Assembly (NCBI GenBank): GCA_964234715.1
Contig: OZ174291.1
Source of the DNA: Podarcis melisellensis
Lineage: Eukaryota
Direction: 5' to 3' (one strand)
Length of the DNA: 64,000 nt
Each line of letters begins with the position of its first letter. Position 1 is the stretch's first letter. The notes beneath the pieces are model-generated. The model was given only the letters and a program-made list of their open reading frames with translations. It searched no databases and was not told the DNA's origin. This document shows positions 26,188-37,400 of the stretch, one piece after another. Position numbers and translations under genes: made by a program.

Positions 26188-28049
26188 TGTCAGGTGTGCG
26201 TGTAGCAGCCAGGCCCTGTGACCAATAGTACTTTGCAGGACTGGGGCCTTCCTAAGTTTGTTCTGGAGGCCCCTTGACTGTCCTCGGGTCCAGTATTGGA
26301 CCACTTCGACCGGATATCTCCAGCCGATGTGGACAGACTCCTCCGAGCTGGAAAGCCCACCACCTGTCCTCTTGACCCGTGCCCGTCTTGGCTGATTAGA
26401 GCGTGTCCAGACGAGGTGCGGGCCCTCCTGGGAGATATCATCAATTTGTCCCTTGGCACGGGGACATTCCCAGGGGAACTGAAGGAGGCAGTGGTGCGCC
26501 CGCTCTTAAAGAAAACATAATTAGATCTATCCAATTACCGCCCGGTTTCGAATCTTCCGTTCCTGGGTAAGGTGATTGAGAGAGCGGTTGCTGAACAGCT
26601 TGGTGGGTTTCTGGATGAAACATCGGCTCTGGATCCATTCCAGTCCGGCTTCCGCGCTGGTCATGGGACCGAGACGGCTCTGGTTGCCCTAACAGATGAT
26701 CTTCGTAGACAGCTGGATCGAGGCGGGTCGGGGCTGCTGATTCTTCTAGATCTGTCAGCAGCTTTCAACATGGTCGATCATGACCTTCTGGACCACCGCC
26801 CTGCCGACGTGGGGATCCAGGGCACAGTCCTTCAATGGCTGTGCTCGTTTCTCTCTGGTCGGGGACAGAGGGTGGCGCTTGGGGGGGAATTGTCATCGCG
26901 CCACTCCTTGGTGTGTGGAGTACCTCAGGGTGCGATACTCTCCCCGATGCTTTTCAACATCTTTATGCGCCCCCTCGCCCAGCTTGTTCGGAGTTTTGGG
27001 CTAGGTTGCCATCAGTATGCCGATGACACCCAACTCTATTTGTGGATGGATGGCCATCCTGACTCGGCCCCAGACACACTGACCAGATGTTTGGAAGCTG
27101 TGGCTGGATGGTTACGTGGGAGCCGGTTGAAGCTAAATCCTTCGAAGACAGAGGTCCTGTGGCTGGGACGGGGCGATATGGGATTGGGGGGGCAACTCCC
27201 ATCTCTTACGGGGGTGCAATTAGTGCCAGCACCGTCCGTTAAGAGTTTGGGTGTAATCTTCGACACCTCTCTTTCCATGGAGGCGCAGATTGCAGCTACA
27301 ACAAAGGCAGCATTTTTTCATCTCCGCCAAGCTAAGCAGTTGGCTCCTTACCTCTCTCGCCCTGACCTAGCCACTGTGATCCACACGATGGTCACCTCCA
27401 GACTGGATTATTGTAACTCGCTCTACGTGGGGCTGCCCTTGAGACTGACCCAGAAACTCCAGCGGGTGCAGAATGCTGCAGCGAGACTCCTTACGAGGTC
27501 TTCGCTGCGAGATCACATTCACCCGGTGCTGTACCAGCTGCACTGGCTCCCGGTGGAGTACAGGATCAGGTTTAAGGTGCTGGTTTAAACTTTTAAAGCC
27601 CTATACGGCCTAGGACCCTCGTACCTACGGGACCGCCTCTCCTGGTATGCCCCACAGAGAAATTTACGGTCTTCAAATAAAAACATCTTGAAGGTCCCAG
27701 GCCACAGAGAAGTTAGGCTGGCCTCAACGAGAGCCAGGGCTTTTTCGGCTGTGGCTCCGATCTGGTGGAACACTCTGTCACAAGAAACCAGGGCCCTGCG
27801 GGACTTGACATCTTTCCGCAAGGCCTGCAAGACAGAGCTGTTCCACCAGGCCTTTGGCAAGGGCACAGCCTGACTCCCTCCCTCGGCAATCTTCGCGGAG
27901 CTCTGGCCCAATGGCTGCCAGTGGCTTGAATTAATTGATTTTATAATGAATGATTTTAGAGTGTTGTTTATGCTGTACTTTTGTACTGTTTTATTGTTGT
28001 TAGCTGCCCTGAGCCCAGCTAAGGCTGGGGAGGGCGGGATATAAATAAA

Positions 28050-28096
<47 letters not shown>

Positions 28097-28435
28097 TGAA
28101 GAGGCAAGGCGCGGCCTCACAGGTGAGGCCGATTGGTAACTCACAGCACCTGGTGGCAAGAGCTGGGAAGGGATTTCCCTTTGGCTCTTTGCCACAGCAA
28201 CACGCTTCCTGCCTTGGGCGTCTTGCTTCCTGATCCTTGAACCTTGACTTCGTGACTCCTTGCTTCCTGACCCGTGGACCCTTGGCTTCTTCACTCCCAG
28301 CTCTCTGACCCTCAGACTCTTGGCTTCCTGACTCCTGGCTTCTGGACCCCCATTCCTGCTCCCACCCCGCCATCTTGCCCCCAGTCCTGAAGTCCCCTGC
28401 CAGGACTTCGATTGCCCGTGAACTGGACCGTGACA
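26188..28435. mobile_element. Solo LTR (about 415 bp) split by the L2 insertion
   Basis: Termini TGTCA (26188) and TGACA (28435), with a perfect 5-bp target-site duplication CCAGG at 26183-26187 and 28436-28440. Confidence 0.75.
26266..28093 (+). mobile_element. 5'-truncated L2-clade LINE: reverse-transcriptase ORF2 fragment, 3' UTR and (TTA)n tail
   Basis: ORFs 26296..26520, 26572..27588 and 27688..27873 share one frame, broken by two TAA stops. Motifs QSGFR, LLDLSAAF, GVPQG, YADD, SRLDYCN, QNAAARL and LHWLPV are present. TTCTG is duplicated at 26261-26265 and 28094-28098. Confidence 0.93.
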
Positions 28436-28849
28436 CCAGGGCCCAGTTAATAGGAGCATAAGAAACTGCCTCACACCAAGTGAGGCCACCGTGGTCCATT
28501 TACCTCAGTACTGTCTACTCTACACTGACTGGCGGCAACTCTCCCAGGTTTCAGGCAGGGGACATGCCCAGCTGGACATGGAGATGCCTTCAGGGGTTGA
28601 ACCTGGGGCCTTCTGCATGCAAAGCAGATGCTCTACCACTGTGCAGAGGCCCCTTTCTTAAAATGGAGGAACCCCAAAATAAGCCAGATGTGTGCTGCAT
28701 GCACACTTCCTCCTTACCCCTTGTACACCCACAGCTGAAGGCTGCTATCACAACAACTTTAAAGTAAGGAAGGTGGGGAGAAGGGAATTCTTTATACAGC
28801 AGATTAAGTTCTGAGCCAAGGAAGACTTTGCGGGGTTTAAGTCTCGTAA

Positions 28850-29170
28850 GTGACTTTTGATACTTTTGGTGTTGTTAATAAATTTGGAACTAGCTCAGTA
28901 TCTATGCTATTTATAGATTATTCAATAATATTCTAATTGGTTCATCTGGGATATCATACCCATTTCTCTTGCCTCCAAAAGCCTTGGATCGCATCACATC
29001 TCCTAAATAAAAGAAAATAGTCCTCATACAGCTTCTCACAACTCCAACAATTATCCTGAGACAGATTATAAATCCATTTTAATTTGTATGGTGTTTCAAA
29101 TACCACTGAGGCAGAGTTGTGTAAAATGAAGTTCCTACAAGAAAGCTTCTCCATTAATTGCCAGAATGGT
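28850..29170 (-). mobile_element. Degraded L1-like ORF2 C-terminal fragment
   Basis: Minus ORF TPYKLKWIY...NCWSCEK...CDAIQGFW resembles the L1 cysteine-rich domain. Confidence 0.55.
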
Positions 29171-30558
29171 TCTGTAAGATTTTGGGATGTAACTACAATT
29201 CCTTATACAGTCAAATCACATCTTGCACAGGGGTTACATTCTGGGGGCATATATGCAAAACCACATATAGGCACGCCGCCCCCTTGGAGCAGCCCCTGCA
29301 TAAGCAATCTTATTTTCTGGAGCTGGCACACCATACTGATCTTACTGTAAGCAAGGCAAAGAACTTTTAAGTTTTCCACCTTGCTAACTGGGGCTCTCAT
29401 GAGACCTCACACGGCCTCTTTCTACGCCAGGAAAATCCTGCACAAAAAAGAGATTTTAAGCTCTCCGCCTGCCATGTGTTTAATTTGTGCGATCTCAACC
29501 GGCCAGCTGTCAACCGTGTAAATTTGAAATCATGCAAGTTAAATAAGCAAAAGTTGTGAGTTGTCTCTTTGCCGGCTAGAGTAAATTATATATGTTAGAG
29601 ACAGTAGGCAATTATTCGTGGAATACATTTGGGACAGGGTACTTGAAAGGATACCTGCTCTCAAGAGAGTCAGCCTGCCCAACAAGAACATCCAGGTCAC
29701 AGCAGGAGCAAAAAAAGAAAAGAAAAAAGAATGTGCCTGTGGTTGGCCGCATAGGTTGGAGTTCCAGACCCTGGAGCACCTTCCTTCCATTTGGGATGTG
29801 CATCTAGCCTAGGGGTTGGGAGCCTGTGGGGCCCTCTAGATGTTCTTGGACTCCCAACGCCCATCTGCCCCAAACAGCATGGCCAATAGTGAGGGGTGAT
29901 GGGAGTTGTAGCCCAGCAACTCTGGAGAGTCCTCTACAAGCTCCCCACCTCCTGCTCCCTTCCCTCTTATCCTTTCCAAAAGGTGTTGAACACCATTTTG
30001 TTCCAAAGAGCCTCTACCAATCCAGTCTGCGTCTGCAGCAGAAGTGTTTTAAAGGTATATTTAGATGTTTTATTACTTGTTGCTTGCTGCCCTGGGCTCC
30101 TTTGGGAGGATGAGCAAGATATAAATTTAATAAAGAACAAAAAATAAAATAACCTCTGTTGATTTGTTCCTCTTGATTTGAAGTTTTGTTTTTGTTTTTG
30201 CCTCGCTCTGTGTATGTGATTTACATTTCAGGTTGTTCTTTTGCTGCTCAACTTATTTATGTTTATTGTTGGTGTTACTGTAGGTTGAATCCAACTAACT
30301 TATACTCAGAATAGAGCCACTTAAATTAACGGCTCTAAGCTAGTAATATACAATAATTTGAGTGAATCTACTCTGAGTAGAAATAACACTGGTGATAATC
30401 AAATATTTTATTCTGGTCTCATGACACGTTGCGTAAAGAAAGTGGCTTACATGTGGCAACATACATTACAGATGTGTTTTTGTGTACATCCTTTGTTTTG
30501 CATGAAAGCTGTTGTCCCCAGCGGGAGTTGCAAGAACCTTTGGCCGATGCAATAAGAA

Positions 30559-30832
30559 CAGGGGTCAGCAACCTAAGGTCCATGGGCTGGAAGCGGCCTG
30601 CGGAGGTCATTTGACCGGCCCACGAGCTGCCCCTGAACCGAGCCACCCGCTCACGTGCTGCACTAAACTGGCGCAGTGAGGCTCAGGGAGTCGTTTCCAC
30701 TGCACCGAAAATCACGCCTGCGCAGGCAGACGCCGAAAATCACGGGCTCACACGCACACACGCGATCCAGCCCGTGGAGGGATCTCCGCAGGACCGATCT
30801 GGCCCAGGCAAGATAAACTTTGCCGACCCCTG
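30559..30832. mobile_element. Non-autonomous hAT DNA transposon
   Basis: TIR CAGGGGTC(A/G)GCAA; 8-bp TSD AATAAGAA (30551-30558 and 30833-30840). Confidence 0.9.
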
Positions 30833-31130
30833 AATAAGAACATAAAAAGAGCCTGCTGGATTAGGCCCATGGCCATCCAGTTCAGGACCCTGTTCTCACA
30901 GTGGCCAACCAGATGACTTTGAAAACCAGCAAGCCAAAGAGCTTACTGTGGTTTCAGCAAATGGTATTCAGAAGCATTTCGTCCTCCAAATACAGAGACA
31001 GAGCATAACCATTGTGGGTGGTAGCCATTCATAGCCCTCTCCTCCATGAATTTATCCAATCCAGTTTTAAAGCCTCTCGAGTTGGTGACCAACACTGCCT
31101 CCTGTGGAAGTGAGTTCCATAGGTCAACTG
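30833..31130 (-). mobile_element. CR1 LINE 3' end
   Basis: Minus ORF LWNSLPQEAVLVTNSRGFKTGLDKFMEE. Confidence 0.85.
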
Positions 31131-32152
31131 TCAAACAGGTTGTCACATTTTGTATAGAGACATCTCATTTTTGGGAGTAACATAAGCAAGTAAACAAAGG
31201 ATGCTTATGGTCAATTTTTTGGCAGGCAGGGGAAGAGAGGGTGGCATGATATTGTGCCAACCCAACAGAAAGGAGAGAGAAATGTATGCCCACTTGCACT
31301 CTTTACTCTGATTGGTACAGAGAGCCATGCATAAATTAATTAAGCAAGCAAGTCACAGCTCCATCCAACCCAGGCCACCTCCCTCCAATCTCTGCCTAAA
31401 GCATTTCCAATAAATCTTGCTCCACAAAACAATGAGGACTAGAGTCGTTTGCCCCCACCATCAGCACCTCCTAAAGTTAAAGTCAAGAAACAGCCAAACA
31501 AATGAGGCACATACCAGGCTCTGATCTTGTACAGAGACCCTGCAGAAATAACGTACAGCAGCCCAGTTCTAGGTATGAACCCTGGGTTATGTATTAAGCT
31601 TTTTCACTGCAGACAGAGAGAGAGAGTCAGTGTCAGAAGCTGATTATTAGTCTGTCTAGAAAGGGTGGCCAGCCTCCTTCCCCCACCCCAAAATCTGGGA
31701 TTCGTGCCACTTAATAGGCAAGAAGAATTCCAAAACTTTGGTCCTGGGGGAAGCAGACACCAACTATCTGATCCTATTTCCAGCGTCCTCAGCAGATCGA
31801 GAGCTTCCTGCAGCGTGGCGATTATTAAAGAGTTCCCTTCGGCGCAAGACATAATTGCCACCTGTCCCCCAGAGCAGCCGCCAACTCTCTCAGAAACGCT
31901 TGAAGCCACACTAGTTAATAAATCCCCAATTTAAAAGGCTTCCCCGTAAACATTCCAGAATGGAGTTGAAGGCTTTCCGTCCCCTCACAGACAGACACAG
32001 CCCACAAGACCTCTCACTTGCAATGCTGGTACCGTTCTGACAGGCGCTGGTATGGCAGGGAAGTTGTGGGAGGACTTCTGGGAAGCAGGGATGAAATCTC
32101 TCTCTCTCGCAACACGAGAGCTCAAGGGGAACCAACAAACCTGAATGTTCAT

Positions 32153-32473
32153 GACTTCTTCATGCAGCGCATATAGTTAAGCTATGGAACTCGCTGCCAC
32201 AGGAGGCAGGGATGGCCAAAACAACTTGGATGGCTCTAAAAGAAGATTGGACAAATTCATGGAGGAGAAGGCCATCAATGGCTACCAGCCATGATGGCTG
32301 TGTTTCTGCCTCCGTGGTCAGTAATGCTTCTGAATACCAGATGCTGGAAATCACAGGAGGGGAGAGGGCTCTTGCACTCAGGCCCCGCTTGTTGGCTTTT
32401 CAAAAGAGGCATCTGGCTGGGCACTGTGAGAAAATGTTGGACAAGTTGGCATGATCTAGCAGGTTCTTCTTAC
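32153..32473 (+). mobile_element. CR1 LINE 3' end
   Basis: Same family as 12605-12957. Confidence 0.82.
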
Positions 32474-32485
32474 GTAAAAAGGAAG

Positions 32486-32854
32486 GTAAAAGGTAAAGGA
32501 CCCCTGACAGTTAAGTCCAGTCGTGAACGACTCTGGGGTTGCCGCGCTCATCTCGCTTTACTGGCCGAGGGAACCGATGTTTGTCCGCAGACAGTTTTTC
32601 TAGGTCATGCATCTAGCATGACTAAGCCGCTTCTGGCGAAACCAGAGCAGCGCACGGAAATGCCGTTTACCTTCCCACCGGAGCGGTACCTATTTATCTA
32701 CTTGCACTTTGACATGCTTTCGAACTGCTAGGTTGGCAGGAGCAGGGACCGAGCAATGGGAGCTCACCCCGTCGCAGGGATTCGAACCACCAACCTTCTG
32801 ATCAGCAAGCCCAAGAGGCTCAGTGGTTTAGACAACAGTGCCACCCGCGTCCCC
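32486..32854 (-). mobile_element. Full-length Sauria SINE (Squam1)
   Basis: tRNA-like head on the minus strand (gggacgcgggtggcactg...ggttcgaatccc), ACCTTT-type tail, 10-bp TSD AAAAAGGAAG (32476-32485 and 32856-32865). Confidence 0.92.
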
Positions 32855-33051
32855 AAAAAAGGAAGAGTGGGTGTTAAAATTGTCCATCTCCTGTTAGCAG
32901 CACCTGGAATGAGCAGGCCCACAGTTCACCTGGTCACAATCCTTCCCACTTTAATGAGGTGTATTGTATTTCTGCTTACATTTCTGTTTCTTAATTGGTG
33001 GCTGCACACATAAATTAGCATGTGTAAATGTAATGCAGATCTGTGCCATCC

Positions 33052-33090
<39 letters not shown>

Positions 33091-33527
33091 GTTGTGGGGG
33101 GTGGGGGAAGCCACCTTAGTCAGTTTTGTCCCTGTACTAGTTGGCCAACAACTGTGGCCCAAAGCCACATTCACGCCATATCTTTAAAGCACTATATCAC
33201 CACTTTATAAAAAGTCACAGCTTCCCCACAAAAATTCTGGGAGCTGTAGTTTGCTCAGGGCGCTGAGAGTTGCTAAGAGACTCATATTCCTCCCCCCGAG
33301 CTACAATTCCCAATGTGGTTTAGTAATCTATCCCTCTTCCCAGGGAAGTATGGGAACTGTAGCTCTGCAAAGGGAATGATGGTGGCATGCTATTATTTTC
33401 CGTGTGTGGTATGAACATGGCCTGGTGTTCTTGAGAACGCCATTAAGATGAAGCAGCGTTTCATGGGAAACTGGGCTCAGAGAATAGCAATACTTTGATG
33501 GGAAATGAAACACACATGGATAAAAGT

Positions 33528-33662
33528 GGCATAGGCAAACTCGGTCCTCCAGATGTTTTGGGACTACAATTCCCCTCACCCCTAGGCTAACAGGACCAGT
33601 GGTCAGGGATTATGGGAACTGTAGTCTCAAAATAACTGGAGGGCCGAGTTTGCCTACGCCTG
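33528..33662. mobile_element. Palindromic MITE (ggactaca..cccatc family)
   Basis: Long inverted arms ggcataggcaaactcgg.cctccag / ctggagggccgagtttgcctacgcc; many degraded relatives across the window. Confidence 0.75.
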
Positions 33663-33684
33663 CATAAAATCCATGAATATTTAG

Positions 33685-33890
33685 AATGTTGGGCTAGGAC
33701 CTGGGAGAATCACTGCCCAGCCATGAAGCTCACTGGGTGACCTTGGGCCAGTCACTGCCTCTCAGCCTAACCTACCTCAAAGGGTTGTTGCTGTGGGGAT
33801 TAAATGAGGAGGAAGAGAACCATGTAAGCCATTTTGAGCTTCAAGGAGGAAAAGGTAGGATATAAATGCAATGAATGAACGAATGAATCT
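33685..33890 (+). mobile_element. MIR-like/CORE SINE (representative copy)
   Basis: gccatgaagctcactgggtgaccttgggccagtcact core. Relatives near 11420-11530, 17090-17260, 20950-21175(-), 39985-40200 and 56435-56645. Confidence 0.65.
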
Positions 33891-33939
33891 GCTGCCTTAT
33901 AAGAATTTGGGTTCTGGATATTTTTGCCTCAGATCAATC

Positions 33940-34560
33940 TAAGACAAAAGGAATACATACTTATATTAGAAATGGAAGTTTGGCACTGAAACAATAGGCA
34001 AAAGACCAGCAGGGGAGAGAAATCATGCTGGTGAGATCAACAGGAAGACGAGGTTAGCTGCTGTAAATATTTATGCTCCTAACATCACTCAAATACCGTT
34101 TCATTTCTATAAAATATCTCTATTACACCCATATGAACCAGATCTTAAAGCTTAAAGAAAAGTGCTAAGGGAGAAACTATTCCAGCTGGGAGAGTTATAA
34201 TGGTGTTATCAATGTGTTTGACACATTATCTATATTTTTAGAACCCACCCCAGTTGTGATTATGATTTGTTTTAAACAGTTTTTAATGCTTTATTTTATA
34301 TTCCTGTAAACCACCCTGGGACGTTTTGGTGAAGGGTGGGCAATAAATCTAATAATAATACAATGGGGAACCTGATAGATCAAACAGGAAGCAAACCCCA
34401 ACCAAGTCAGTGACTTTTACCATGAAGAGGGAAAACAAGCAACGCAGCTTCTATTCCTGGTTAATGTCTGGGGGTATCTGCACCCTACAGAAAAAGAATG
34501 TACCTTTTCTCAATGTTCATCAATCTCATCCAAGAATTGTTTTCTGGCTTAGTAAACACA
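33940..34560 (+). mobile_element. Degraded L1-like endonuclease fragment
   Basis: gtaaatatttatgctcctaac translates to VNIYAPN, preceded by gaccagcaggggaga (DQQGR). Confidence 0.5.
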
Positions 34561-35816
34561 ACAAGAGACCAAAGAACATTTGACCTATTTGATGCAGAGC
34601 ATACTTCAATTTTTAACTGTTTAGATACAGTGCTTAAGTATTTTATTGTTAAAGAATAATATGGTTATGTACAATTCTTCAAGAGCGTTGGATTAAATAT
34701 GTGCAGGTATTGGGGGTCTTACAGTCTGCAACTTATTCAAAGGGCCTGCAATATTCTATATTTCCCCTCCACTTTGCACTAAAACTCCCTTCAGTCCCAG
34801 TCAGTATGATCTTATGCTGCTGGGGATTATGGGACCACAGCTGTGATGGCTGGGGCTGATGGGAGTCCAAAACATCTGGAAGGCCTCAGGTAGGCAAAGG
34901 CTATTCTTAAAGTGTGACTTACTTGATTGTTTGGAGACTCAGGCTATTGTTCCTAAACCATGGTAAGCACAAACTAGAGCGATGTCCGATATCAACCCCT
35001 TTGTGGTTTTCACGAACATACAGATTAACCGTGGTTTTCAGCTGCACTCACGGTTGCTGAGAGGCAACTAGGGCAGGCAAATGGCCCACACGTCTCCTGC
35101 CACACTCACATTTTGTTCCTAGGTCTTGCAAGATGAGAGACTTTTGTTCTGAGGGCTACAGAACAGCTTTTCCGGGGGTGGGTGGAGATTTTCCAAGCAT
35201 TACAAGAGCTCCCCTGCTGGCTTATCAAAAGAGGCCTCTTATCTTATTCAAACCTGGACCTGGGCAGCCTCCATCTGATATCTGAGGTTCAGCTTTGTAG
35301 TCCACAGGGGAAGGATGATGGGGGAGCCGGAGGAGCAAGACGCGGGGGGGGGGGGGGAGAGAGAATACAATGTTCAGGTGCCTGAAAGGCTAATTGGCTT
35401 TGGAAGCAGCTGAAAACAGCCTTTCTTAGCAAAAGCACATAGTGGTTAAAAGAGCACCCAGCAGAGAGGAAGGGGCGGAAAGAAGCACTTTTGGGTCGGC
35501 TCAGATCTATGTCTAGCACTCTGACCTGGCCGACAAATGCACTACCAAGAAGAGGTAGGACTATCATATCACAGAATTGTGGAGTTTAAAGGGACCACAA
35601 GGGTCATCTAGTCCAACCTCCTGCAATGCAGGAATGTTTTCCCTAACATGGGGTTCAAACCCACAACCCTGAGATTAAGTGCCTTGTGATATACCATTTT
35701 TGGATTACAGAACAGGGGTTGGATTACAGAACATTTTTAAGTGCTTCCCTAGGTAAAAAAAAAAAAAAAATCACTGTATGCAGCAAGAGACCACAACAGG
35801 AAGCAGGCTGGCTTAG

Positions 35817-36250
35817 AAGCCTAGGAGGATGTGTGGAGTCAAATGCGGTTGAGATCTCAAAAGCCAACAGAGGAGAGGTCCAAATAAGATTTACACTAGC
35901 TGGAGGTAGGGCTGAGGTGCCCTTGTCCCTCTTGTGATCAGACAAAGTGGAGCGGTTGTTAAGTTGCCTTGAGCAAGATCAAGCGATTTAACTGATTAAA
36001 TAAATAAATGAAACGTGTTACGTAAAATAGAAGATATGCAAACTAGCGGATCATTTATTCCAGTAGCTGAGTCACGCTACTCTCAGCTTGGATTAAAACC
36101 CTGAAAGATTAAAAACGTCTTGAAGCACTAAGTAGACGCGGCTCAGTTTATAATTATTTAACAGAGGAAGCCACTTTCTGGTGCTGCCTCCCCTGTGTGG
36201 CAGCAATGGCTCTCCAGGAGCCTTTTTCAGTCTTACCTGGAGATGCCACT
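35817..36250. repeat. Copy B of the diverged two-copy module
   Basis: See copy A; this copy carries extra internal sequence at about 35950-36025. Confidence 0.8.
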
Positions 36251-36636
36251 GGAGACTGAGCCTGGGACCCTCCATCTCCAAGGGGGCAAGGCCAGTTGCA
36301 GCAGATGAAAGCGCACGCTTGCTTACCTGGGGTGGGCCTGGCACCAATGTCGGTATGTCCCCCGCTCTTCAAAAGGGGAACTCAGGGAGCATGCTGAAGT
36401 CTATTGATGTACCCTAGAGCGCTATATTAATCCACTAAACACGCACCTGTAACCTGGTCTACGTTTAGCCTACATACTGAATTTTGATAATAACGAAGCT
36501 GAGATTCTGAGATTCTCCAAAAGCAGCAGCCAGGACACACACATTCCTCACTCCCAACTTTTAACGGGGGTGGGGCGGGGCTACTTCTTCACCTCCACCC
36601 ACTCCAAAGATAGAGAATAACTGAATATTGGCATTT

Positions 36637-36940
36637 ACGTAAGAAGATCAGAACAGCCTGCTGTGTCAGGCCAATGGCCCATCCAGCCCAGCATCCTTTT
36701 CTCATAGTGGCCAACCAGATGCCCGTGGGAAACCCGCAAGCAGGACCCAAGCACAAGAGCACTCTCCCCTCCTGTGCTTTCCAGCAACTGGCATTCAGAA
36801 GCTTTTCTGCCTCAAGACTGTAGAGGCAGAGCATAGTTGTTTGGGTTAGTAGCCATCGATAGCCCCATGAATTCATTGAACCCTCTTCTAAAGCTGGAGG
36901 CTATCGCTGCCTCCTGCAGAAGCGAGTTCCGCAGTTTAAT
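36637..36940 (-). mobile_element. CR1 LINE 3' end
   Basis: Same family, reverse orientation. Confidence 0.82.
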
Positions 36941-36989
36941 GGTGTCCGTTCTTACCCAGTTCATGACCATTTGGAGTAAGCCTGAGGCT

Positions 36990-37400
36990 AGTCGGCCCAC
37001 ATGTCCCGGGCCCTAAGGAAGTTAGATTAGCTTCAACCAGAGCCAGGGCCTTTTCAACTCTGGCTCCGGCCTGGTGGAACGCTCTGTCTCATGAGACCAG
37101 GGCCCTGCAGGATCTGATTTCTTTCCGCAGGGCCTGTAAGACAGAGTTGTTCCACCTGGCCTCTGGCTTGGAGCCAATTTGATTCCCTCCCCCTCTTTCC
37201 CCCCCCCTTTTCCTCCTGCAATGAGGCTACACTTTAATATTTTAATGTTTCAATATTTTAATGTTGTATTTTAAGTTTGTTTTTAAGTATTATTCATTCA
37301 ACTTTTTTTTATTATTGCTTGTTAGCCGCCCTGAGCCCAGCCTTGGCTGAGGAGGGCGGGGTATAAATAAAAATTATTATTATTATTATTATTATTATTA
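36990..37400 (+). mobile_element. L2 3' end, same family as 26266-28093, with (TTA)n tail
   Basis: Close similarity to 27700-28090 (agagccagggccttttc...gagaccagggccctgc...gccctgagccc...ataaataaa). Confidence 0.85.

Noticed and set aside
26572-27588. Reverse transcriptase as a retron/DGR-like or domesticated gene
   Set aside because: Ordinary 5'-truncated L2 LINE with in-frame stops, a simple-repeat tail and sibling copies in the window.
27585-28499. 304-aa minus-strand ORF
   Set aside because: Antisense read-through of LTR, (TTA)n tail (poly-Ile) and L2 sequence.
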